Source: Deltaproteobacteria bacterium (lineage in GTDB: Bacteria > Desulfobacterota > Desulfobulbia > Desulfobulbales > Desulfobulbaceae). From it: a DNA stretch of 24,000 nt. Below the pieces are notes generated by a model, which worked only from the letters and a program-made list of their open reading frames with translations, ran no database searches and was not told the DNA's origin. Every line of letters begins with the position of its first letter. Within the stretch, counting starts at the first letter, position 1. This document shows, in pieces, positions 17,841 through 24,000 of this stretch. Location: contig JAJRTB010000219.1 in NCBI GenBank assembly GCA_024278495.1, forward strand, positions 3,286-27,285, given 5' to 3'. Both the position numbers and the translations under genes were made by a program.

Positions 17841-18086
17841 ATGCGGCTTTTCATCCTTACTCTGCTTATTACCCTGGGAGTCATGCTCCTGTTCGTCTGG
17901 TTCTTCTCCTTGTGCCGCCGTAAGCTCCGGGGAACGCGGCACGGGTTGAGCGGCATGTGCCGTAAAACAGGCGGTTCCGTCTGTGCCGCCTGTCGGAAGA
18001 CGACGGCCAAGGGCGGGCCCGCTCCGGAGCGGACTGCCGGACAGGCCGAACAACATGTCACGGCGGAGGATGACGCCGAGGCCTGA
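17841..18086 (+). CDS. Small single-TM, four-cysteine protein; probable NqrM-like (DUF539) NQR maturation factor
   Basis: It is 81 aa with one N-terminal TM helix (LFILTLLITLGVMLLFVWFF) and then four Cys (C25, C40, C48, C51). Its position directly after nqrF and the single-helix, four-Cys layout match what is published for NqrM. Sequence similarity could not be checked. Confidence 0.5.
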   Translation: MRLFILTLLITLGVMLLFVWFFSLCRRKLRGTRHGLSGMCRKTGGSVCAACRKTTAKGGPAPERTAGQAEQHVTAEDDAEA

Positions 18087-18128
18087 ACGACCAAACAAGA
18101 ACTGTCATGTACCGGTCCTGAAGAGAAC

Positions 18129-18157
18129 TTGACAACGCCTCGCCCATCGCCTATCGT
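18129..18157 (+). promoter_or_regulatory. Sigma70-type promoter for arsR-hgcAB
   Basis: TTGACA (18129-18134), a 17-nt spacer, then TATCGT (18152-18157). The arsR RBS GAGG is at 18172-18175 and its ATG at 18180. Confidence 0.55.
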
Positions 18158-18169
18158 AGAGTAACGATA
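18152..18169. promoter_or_regulatory. Candidate ArsR operator: inverted repeat TATCGT-N6-ACGATA overlapping the -10 box
   Basis: This is a perfect 6-bp dyad covering the -10 hexamer. That position is typical for autorepression by ArsR/SmtB repressors. Confidence 0.45.
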
Positions 18170-18179
18170 AAGAGGAACC

Positions 18180-18524
18180 ATGTATATTGAACCCGCGACC
18201 ACCACGGCGGCCGGTCCCGAAAAGACAACGCCCGGAGAGCTGGCAGGTCTGTGCAAGGCCCTGGGACATCCGGCCCGTATACAAATCCTGTACCACCTGC
18301 TCAGGGAGGACCGCTGTATCTGCGGCCGGATCGTCGAGGTCATGCCCCTGGCCCAGTCCACGGTCAGTCAGCACCTGAAGATACTCAAGGAAGCCGGCCT
18401 GGTCCAGGGCGAGGTCGAGGGGCCCAGCACCTGTTACTGCGTCAACCGGAAGACACTGGCCCGTCTCTGCGTCGCCATGTCCGACCTGTTGCACTGCGAG
18501 GGAAAAGATGAAAATAATCCATGA
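18180..18524 (+). CDS. arsR: ArsR/SmtB-family metalloregulator
   Basis: A winged helix-turn-helix is present ([14 protein letters not shown]...[19 protein letters not shown]), with a Cys-x-Cys pair (RCICG, codons 18315-18323) at the position of the ArsR alpha-3 metalloid site. It sits directly upstream of hgcA. Confidence 0.85.
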   Translation: MYIEPATTTAAGPEKTTPGELAGLCKALGHPARIQILYHLLREDRCICGRIVEVMPLAQSTVSQHLKILKEAGLVQGEVEGPSTCYCVNRKTLARLCVAMSDLLHCEGKDENNP

Positions 18525-19701
18525 ACAGCCGGAGCCGATACCGCTCCAACCGGCCGGCCAGTTCGGCTCGCCTCTTCCCGTCATCCCGGCCGACAGCGCT
18601 GATGACGCGCCCTGCTGAGGCCCCAGGCCCGATCCCAGGTCAGGGGTCCATGATCTGCCCGGTTACACGGTCAATCCCTTTGTCGATTCCTTTGTCGAAA
18701 CACCGGCGGGAGCGGTGCCCCGGGTCCGCACGACCTTAAGCCTGCGTGACCGCCTGGGTACCGTCAGGGCCCGCATCGGTATTGCCCGAAACCGGTACAA
18801 GATACATCCCGGTCTCTACTGCGTGGGCAATCCCGCGCCCGAATCACCGGTCCTGGTGACCGCCAACTACAAACTCAGTTTCGATGCCCTGCGCAAGGAA
18901 CTCAACGGGATCGACGCCTGGATCCTGGTGGCCGACACCCGGGGCATCAATGTCTGGTGTTCTGCCGGTAAAAAAACGTTTTCCCACGATGAAGTGGCCC
19001 TGCAGGTCAAGAGAGCGCGACTGGCCGAGATCGTCTCGCACCGGGAGCTGATCCTGCCCCAGCTTGCCGCGCCCGGCATAGCTGCCCACAAACTGAAAAA
19101 GGCCTGCGGTTTCAGGGGAATCTACGGCCCTGTACAGGCCCGGGACATTCCCCGTTTCCTGCACAACGACCGGCGGATCGGGGACGGTATGCGGGCCGTT
19201 ACCTTTACCTTCCGGGAGCGACTGGTCCTGGTCCCGGTGGAGATCGCCCTGGTCTGGAAACTTTTTCTGCTCGTGGTCATCGGGATGTTCGCCCTCTCGG
19301 GAATCGGCCCGGATCTCTTCTCGTGGCAGACAGCCCTGTCCAGGGGGATGCTGGCCGCCGGGGCCACGACCCTGGCCGTCCTCGCAGGCGCCCTGCTGAC
19401 CCCCGTCCTCCTGCCCTGGATTCCGGGCCGCCAGTTCTGGTTCAAGGGAGCCCTGGCCGGAGGATTTGCCGGTCTGCTCTATACCCTGACCGCCGCCGGA
19501 GAGACATCCCTCCCCGACCGGGCGGCCCTGCTGCTCTGGATCACGGCGGCCGCATCCTACATGGCCATGAACTTCACCGGCGCCACCCCCTTTACCTCGC
19601 TGTCCGGAGTCAAATACGAGATGCAGCGGGGCCTGGCCTTTCAGTGCATCGTCTCGGCCGTCGCCCTCATTCTCTGGCTGGCAGCCCCCTTTACCGGTTA
19701 A
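18508..19701 (+). CDS. hgcA: HgcA-family corrinoid protein (mercury methylation); the model includes an in-frame TGA at 18616-18618 read as selenocysteine
   Basis: The cap-helix motif is [11 protein letters not shown] (NVWCSAGK at 18949-18972). [13 protein letters not shown] and [13 protein letters not shown] are present, and five C-terminal TM helices follow. hgcB follows directly. The conserved block [23 protein letters not shown] (18658-18726) lies upstream of the ORF-track GTG at 18715. The only SD+ATG is at 18508 (GAGGGA at 18498-18503). The family call and the 3' end are firm, but the 5' end depends on how the TGA is interpreted. Confidence 0.75.
18619..18649 (+). other. Imperfect hairpin immediately 3' of the hgcA in-frame TGA; candidate bacterial SECIS
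   Basis: The pairs are g19-c48 (or g19-c49 and g20-c48 with t47 bulged), c21-g46, c22-g45, c23-g44 and c24-g43. An A/A mismatch follows, then g26-c41, g27-t40, c28-g39 and c29-g38. The 8-nt loop is cgatccca, with G at loop position 2. This was hand-folded only. Confidence 0.3.
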
Positions 19702-19731
19702 ACAAAACTTGCGGAGAGGAAACCAGGGAAT

Positions 19732-20024
19732 ATGAAAAGCTTCAGATATATCGACAACACCGCCATCCTCAGGCTGGACAGGGAGGCCTGCATCGGCTGC
19801 GGCAACTGCGTCACGGTCTGCCCGCACCGAATCTTTACCCTGGAGGCCAAAAGGCCGCAATCATTGATTACGACGCCTGCATGGAATGCGGCGCCTGCGC
19901 CCGCAACTGTCCGGCCGAGGCCATCTTTGTCAATCCGGACGACGGCTGCGGCTGTGCCGCCTACATTATCAACAGCTGGATATCAAAGCTGCGGGGCAAA
20001 CAGGTCAACGTCTGCAGCTGCTGA
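19732..20024 (+). pseudogene. hgcB: hgcB (2x[4Fe-4S] ferredoxin partner of HgcA), interrupted by a -1 frame change at the AAAA run 19849-19852
   Basis: Frame 1 gives MKSFRYIDNTAILRLDREACIGCGNCVTVCPHRIFTLEAK and then nonsense text. The -1 frame continues KAAIIDYDACMECGACARNCPAEAIFVNPDDGCGCAAYIINSWISKLRGKQVNVCSC*. Joined, they give a 97-aa protein with two CX2CX2CX3CP motifs and C-terminal cysteines, which is a typical HgcB. Confidence 0.8.
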
Positions 20025-20083
20025 CCCATTATCCAACGTGAACGTATCCCCCAGCCGAGCACTACGATACCGAACCAGGCCGC

Positions 20084-20111
20084 AAGTCAGATCCGTCTGA
20101 TTTGTTTTTTT
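20084..20111 (+). terminator. Rho-independent terminator after hgcB
   Basis: The stem aagtcaga/tctgattt (20084-20091 paired with 20096-20103, loop tccg) is followed by gttttttt (20104-20111). Confidence 0.6.
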
Positions 20112-20137
20112 ACGAATCCGACATACGAGAGAATGGC

Positions 20138-20590
20138 ATGAAATCTATCCCGAAACTCTTTCTTTTCAGCTTCTTTTTCCTTACCCTGACCTTTTCCGGA
20201 ACCATGGCTCAACAGGAGGAACGGTTTGTCAAACAGCTCAAGCTGTCCACCGGTGAAACAGTCGTTGTAACGGAGGGAGCATTTGAGGCGAGAAGCCTTG
20301 GCAGCTACAGCGTCCGGCTTTACGAGGCCAACAGCGACTCTCCCACAGATTTTTTTATCTGCGGCCTGGTCGCTTCCCGGGACGGCGGCGTTGAGAAGGT
20401 CATCACCCGCGACATTACCGGCGACGGAGTTGAGGAAATTATTGTTATTATTCGCTCGGCCGGCACCGGGGGATACCTGTCCGCCGATGCCCTGCAGTAT
20501 AATGACAGGCAGATCAGGATAATGCGCCGGGTCGCGGACCTGGCAAAAAACGCCGATCCGGTTGCGGCCCTGACAGAAGTCTCCAAATAG
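20138..20590 (+). CDS. Secreted protein of about 150 aa, possibly PliI-like (periplasmic inhibitor of I-type lysozyme)
   Basis: The start was re-set to ATG 20138, giving the signal peptide MKSIPKLFLFSFFFLTLTFSGTMA. The strings VVVTEGAFEARSLGSYSVRLY and ITGDGVEEIIVIIRSAGTGGY resemble my recollection of the PliI family. The product assignment is tentative. Confidence 0.55.
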   Translation: MKSIPKLFLFSFFFLTLTFSGTMAQQEERFVKQLKLSTGETVVVTEGAFEARSLGSYSVRLYEANSDSPTDFFICGLVASRDGGVEKVITRDITGDGVEEIIVIIRSAGTGGYLSADALQYNDRQIRIMRRVADLAKNADPVAALTEVSK

Positions 20591-20658
20591 CACCTGCCCG
20601 GGAAGAACCCCTCCTTTCCGGTGAGGCCCCTTCCACTCCCGGACAGAGCCCCTTCTCT

Positions 20659-21855
20659 TCAGCCTTCATTTGTCACGGATTCACGGGTATTGTCTACCCT
20701 GTGGCCGGTGCGGATAAGGTGGGCGGCGGTCATGGTCAGGATCAGAACCACGACGCCGACATTGATAAATGACCAGGTCAGTCCCAGATAATCCATACTG
20801 AGCCCCGCGCCCAGGGCGCCGAGAAATATACCGCTGCTCATGGCCAGGCTGAAGACACCCATCATGGTTCCCTGGCCGTAATACCTGCCGTCCTGGGTGG
20901 CCAGGGCTCCGAGAACCGGCCAGATGACCGCCTCGCCCGTGCCGAGCAGCACAAAGAGGATAAGGAGCCCTGTAAAACTCCCGGCCAGGGGCACCAGGCA
21001 GATAACCCCGCTGACCAGCAGGCACCCGGAGCGCAGGAGCAGAACCTTGTCGTACCGATCCGCCATCCTGCCGCACGGGGTCTGCAGGAGAGCGTTGACC
21101 AGGGTCCGGCAGGCGATCACCATGCCTATCTGCAAAGCAGTGGCCGCGAACCACTGGTTCATGAGCAGAGGCAGAAAGGCCATGGTCGGCACCATGATAA
21201 TCATGGTGGCCATCCTGGCCAGCAGAATACCGCCGCTCCTTCTGCTGGAGACCATTCTGACCAGGGCGTTGAAAACGCCGTGGGGCGGCTGCCGGCGCGT
21301 CCCGCTTTCCATCACCGGCATCTTGACGAACACCAGCAGCATGGCCGTGCAGCTTAAAAGCGCCATGGCGTGAAAGGCGGATGCCATGCCCCAGAGATCC
21401 GTAAAGAAACCGCCGAAAAGCGGACCACCGCCGATCCCGAGAAAAATGGCGATATTGAGCATGCCCATGTAGCGACCTTCCTGCCCCAGGGGCGCCATGT
21501 CACCGACATAGGCCATGGCCACCGGCACGATCATGGCCGATCCCACCCCGTGAAAGGCCCGGATCAGAATCAGGCCGGAAACTGTCCCGGCTTCGGGCAA
21601 CAGCATCCCCACAAGGGCGTAGACCAGGAGACCCGTCACCAGGAACCATTTTCGGCCCCAGCGGTCCGACACTCCTCCGACAATGGGTTGCAGGATGCCG
21701 CGGCTGATTGAAAAGGCGGCGATAATCAGCCCCAGGGTAAAGCCGCTTGCCCCCAGGCTGACGGCAAAAACCGGCATGACCGGTATGATAATACCGACGC
21801 CGAACAGGGCCGTCATGACCGAGAGGAGCAAAATGGCGAGGATCTGCCGATTCAT
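20659..21855 (-). CDS. MFS transporter
   Basis: The start was re-set to ATG 21855 (MNRQILAILLLSVMTALFGVG). About 12 hydrophobic segments are present, plus the MFS loop motif GGVSDRWGRK. Confidence 0.85.
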   Translation of the reverse strand: MNRQILAILLLSVMTALFGVGIIIPVMPVFAVSLGASGFTLGLIIAAFSISRGILQPIVGGVSDRWGRKWFLVTGLLVYALVGMLLPEAGTVSGLILIRAFHGVGSAMIVPVAMAYVGDMAPLGQEGRYMGMLNIAIFLGIGGGPLFGGFFTDLWGMASAFHAMALLSCTAMLLVFVKMPVMESGTRRQPPHGVFNALVRMVSSRRSGGILLARMATMIIMVPTMAFLPLLMNQWFAATALQIGMVIACRTLVNALLQTPCGRMADRYDKVLLLRSGCLLVSGVICLVPLAGSFTGLLILFVLLGTGEAVIWPVLGALATQDGRYYGQGTMMGVFSLAMSSGIFLGALGAGLSMDYLGLTWSFINVGVVVLILTMTAAHLIRTGHRVDNTRESVTNEG

Positions 21856-21982
21856 GTCCGCCCGTCCACCGGTCCGACAGGCAGGCCTCTGAAGGCCCTG
21901 TTGACAGATGTCTCCATGAACAGCCGGAATCCGCCTTTCCCGGACAACCGCATGAGCGCTCCGGCCGGCGTGAGATGAAGGT

Positions 21983-22642
21983 TCACTCGAACTGCTGCCT
22001 GAAATCGAAGAAGGCCTGCCGCAGCTCGGCCAGTTCCCGGCGGATCGTCTGCAGTTCCTCTTCCAGGGCCGCAATCCTTGCGCTGCGTGAGATCATCGTG
22101 TCCGCCCCGGTATCATCCGATGGGGCGCCCCGCCGGAGTAGATCCTCAACAGCAGGAGGCTCTGCAAGCAGGTGACAAAACCTGCGCTCTTTTTGACCGG
22201 GTTGTCTCGCCATTTGCCTGGCCAGGTCCATTTCCTCAAGGCTCTGCATGGTCTCCGCCACCTCGTCGAGATCGCTGAAAGAGTACATTCTCACTGACCG
22301 GGATCGAAGCTGCCCCATGGTCTGGGGCCCACGGAGCAGAAGAAGACAGAGTACGGCCAGTTCGCGGGTCACGAGATTAAAGGTCTTGCCAAGCAGATGT
22401 CCGTACCTGGGAACCCGGGCCGCGTCGCTCTGGTAGACAAGGTGATTGGCCTTGAGTTCATCGAGAACATGGTGGACCGTATCCTCGTCATAGCTCACGA
22501 CCGGCTCCCGGTTTGACTTCTGGTTACAGGCGTTGAGCAAGGCCTTAAGCGACAGGGGGTAATATTCAGGGGTGGCCATCTCCTTTTCCAGCAGACAACC
22601 CAGGACCCGTATCTCTTCAGGGGTCAGGTCAAGATCAGCCAT
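21983..22642 (-). CDS. yceH: YceH-family protein (DUF480)
   Basis: The start was re-set to ATG 22642, with AGGAG 8 nt upstream. LTPEEIRVLGCLLEKEMATPEYYPLSLKALLNACNQKSNREPVV, LLLRGPQTMGQLRSRS.RMY.FSD and a C-terminal coiled-coil parallel E. coli YceH. Confidence 0.85.
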   Translation of the reverse strand: MADLDLTPEEIRVLGCLLEKEMATPEYYPLSLKALLNACNQKSNREPVVSYDEDTVHHVLDELKANHLVYQSDAARVPRYGHLLGKTFNLVTRELAVLCLLLLRGPQTMGQLRSRSVRMYSFSDLDEVAETMQSLEEMDLARQMARQPGQKERRFCHLLAEPPAVEDLLRRGAPSDDTGADTMISRSARIAALEEELQTIRRELAELRQAFFDFRQQFE

Positions 22643-22679
22643 TTCATTTCTCCTTGCAATGCCTATCCGTCCAAAAAAA

Positions 22680-22709
22680 TTGCGCCAGGAACAGGTTGTG
22701 GTATAGAAT
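22680..22709 (+). promoter_or_regulatory. Possible promoter of the nitroreductase gene
   Basis: TTGCGC (22680-22685), a 16-nt spacer, then TGgTATAGA, an extended -10 with TATAGA at 22702-22707. RBS GAGG is at 22734-22737. Confidence 0.4.
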
Positions 22710-22742
22710 ACACCTGAATGTATACCGCAAAACGAGGAAATC

Positions 22743-23261
22743 ATGAACCCGAAACTCAATTTTATCTTCAGTCGACGCAGTATCCGGAAATTCACAGACA
22801 AGGATGTTCCGGAAGAGATGATCCGGGACCTGCTGGAAGCGGCTATGGCCGCGCCATCAGCGGTTGCCGGGGACCCGTGGCATTTTATCGTTCTTCGTGA
22901 GCGAACCGGAATCAACGCCCTGGCCGATGTCCTGCCCCACGGCCGGATGCTGCGCCAGGCCACTGCCGCCTTTGTGGTCTGCGGCGACATCGACCGGGCA
23001 CATGACCGGCAGGAATCCTACATGCTGCAGGACCTGAGCGCCGCGGTTGAAAACATCCTGCTGGCCGCAAACGTCCTGGGACTTGGCAGTTGCTGGCTGG
23101 GCATCCATCCCCGGACCGGGCGGATGAGTGATATCCGCGATCTCTTTGACCTGCCGCCAAACATCATTCCCATGTGCGGCATCGCCCTGGGCTGGCCCCG
23201 GGAAAGACCTGAAAGCCGCACCCGGTTTGATCCGGACAAGGTGCACTACGAACAGTGGTAA
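22743..23261 (+). CDS. Nitroreductase-family protein
   Basis: It is 172 aa. RRSIRKFTDKDVPEEMIRDLLEAAMAAPSA and SCWLGIHP are typical of the NADH/FMN nitroreductase fold. Confidence 0.85.
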   Translation: MNPKLNFIFSRRSIRKFTDKDVPEEMIRDLLEAAMAAPSAVAGDPWHFIVLRERTGINALADVLPHGRMLRQATAAFVVCGDIDRAHDRQESYMLQDLSAAVENILLAANVLGLGSCWLGIHPRTGRMSDIRDLFDLPPNIIPMCGIALGWPRERPESRTRFDPDKVHYEQW

Positions 23262-23278
23262 CCAGGGGGCCCGCAACC

Positions 23279-23340
23279 TAACTCGTCACAGGGTTTGAAA
23301 CTCTGCGATTTTACCTGCCCATAATTTGCAAGTGGCCAGG
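23279..23340 (+). repeat. Intergenic module A, copy 2
   Basis: It matches 6929-6990 with 55/62 identities, ungapped and in the same orientation. Confidence 0.85.
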
Positions 23341-23405
23341 CCAGCACGCAGGATCAGATCACTGACAAAACGGTTCACCCAATGCTGCGGGCGGGACGCC
23401 CCCTC

Positions 23406-23434
23406 CACCGCAGGTGAACGCTCACGGATCCAGG
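23406..23434 (+). repeat. Intergenic module B, copy 2
   Basis: 23413-23434 is 22/22 identical to 5662-5683. A related block, tgcgggcgggacgcc (23386-23400), matches tgcgggcaggagcgcc (5599-5614). Confidence 0.8.
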
Positions 23435-23449
23435 TAAATACCAGAAAAA

Positions 23450-23478
23450 TTTGACACCTACAGGGTAGGACTATACAA
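23450..23478 (+). promoter_or_regulatory. Near-consensus sigma70-type promoter for the Cache-sensor gene
   Basis: TTGACA (23450-23455), a 17-nt spacer, then TACAAT (23473-23478), just downstream of module B. Confidence 0.55.
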
Positions 23479-23535
23479 TGGCGTAGACTTTTGCTTCAAA
23501 ATAAGATGACTTCGCCGGGAATAACAGGTCAACGT

Positions 23536-24000
23536 ATGCGACAGCTTTCCATCCGCTGGAAATTTATCCTCAACAGTTTCGGCATAATGTTGACGACAGT
23601 TCTGCTTATCGGTTTTGTCCTCACCTTTTCTCTGCAGGACTATCTGGCCCGGGAAGCCAAAGAACTCCACCGCTCCGAACTTGACTCAACACGCCGGCAC
23701 CTGAAAAACTACGTTGATATCGCCATCAGCCTCATTGAGGAATCAGCAGGGGCAGCACAAAGAGGGGAGATAACGCTTGCCCGGGCCAAGCAAACCGCCA
23801 TGGACAAAATCAGACGCCTCAGGTACGATTCCGGCGTCGGCTATTTCTGGATAAACGATACCGGCCGCCCCTTTCCCAGAATGATCATGCACCCCACCGT
23901 CCCCGACCTGGACGGCCGGGTGCTGGACGACCCCAGGTTTAACTGCGTCCAGGGCACCAATAAAAACCTTTTTGTCGCCATGGTTGAGGCAACTGAAAAG
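23536..24000 (+). CDS. Cache-domain signalling protein (chemoreceptor or sensor kinase), 3'-truncated by the window edge
   Basis: The frame is open to the window end. The product begins MRQLSIRWKFILNSFGIMLTTVLLIGFVLTF (a TM helix), followed by periplasmic Cache-like text (AKQTAMDKIRRLRYDSGVGYFWINDTGRPFPRMIMHP). An in-frame ATG at 23506 is an alternative start. Confidence 0.75.
   Translation, partial: MRQLSIRWKFILNSFGIMLTTVLLIGFVLTFSLQDYLAREAKELHRSELDSTRRHLKNYVDIAISLIEESAGAAQRGEITLARAKQTAMDKIRRLRYDSGVGYFWINDTGRPFPRMIMHPTVPDLDGRVLDDPRFNCVQGTNKNLFVAMVEATEK

Noticed and set aside
18655-18657. CTG as a non-canonical start codon for hgcA, which would avoid the need for TGA read-through.
   Set aside because: It has no SD in front and CTG initiation is rare. 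It would also leave the well-placed SD+ATG at 18508 and its 36-codon open frame unexplained. It is kept only as a fallback inside the main finding.
18521-18739. A 72-aa ORF starting at an ATG just inside the arsR 3' end, considered as a possible separate gene or as the hgcA start.
   Set aside because: It is in a different frame from the conserved HgcA sequence, and its product is Arg/Ser/Pro-rich low-complexity text. It looks like a shadow ORF of GC-rich DNA.
19849-19854. Programmed -1 ribosomal frameshifting in hgcB.
   Set aside because: The site (C-AAA-AGG) is not an X-XXY-YYZ slippery heptamer, and I see no obvious downstream stimulatory structure. A homopolymer indel is the simpler explanation.
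19323-20024. A 233-aa ORF spanning the hgcA 3' half and hgcB, considered as a single gene.
   Set aside because: Only its last 57 codons, the second ferredoxin motif of HgcB, look like real protein. The upstream part is an Arg/Pro/Gly-rich alternative frame of hgcA.

Overview
This is a GC-rich chromosomal segment whose gene content looks deltaproteobacterial, Desulfobulbus-like; the taxonomy is an inference. No rRNA, tRNA, CRISPR array or recognisable mobile element was found.

Gene order, left to right:
- mfd, truncated at the left edge of the window
- a YrfG-like HAD hydrolase
- a GGDEF diguanylate cyclase and a 371-aa protein of unknown function, both on the minus strand
- an 856-aa secreted ELWxxDGT-repeat protein built from about 17 tandem 144-bp units
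- a small TPR membrane protein
- a complete Na+-NQR cluster (apbE-nqrABCDEF plus an nqrM-like gene)
- an arsR-hgcA-hgcB mercury-methylation locus
- a secreted PliI-like protein
- an MFS transporter and a yceH (DUF480) gene, both on the minus strand
- a nitroreductase
- the 5' part of a Cache-domain sensor gene

Many ORF-track starts are over-extended. They were re-set using RBS and start codon context and the conserved protein N-termini.

Most notable observations:
1. hgcA has no usable start unless an in-frame TGA (18616-18618) is read through. That TGA follows a Cys codon, is followed by a hairpin, and lies 36 codons downstream of an SD+ATG. This makes a Cys-Sec dyad (selenocysteine) in HgcA a candidate.
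2. hgcB is split by a 1-nt frame change in an AAAA run.
3. Two conserved non-coding modules (62 nt and about 30-50 nt) occur twice in the window. They are adjacent at one locus and in swapped order, flanking a gene, at the other.
4. The repeat protein has near-identical DNA units and an unassigned C-terminal hydrophobic tail.
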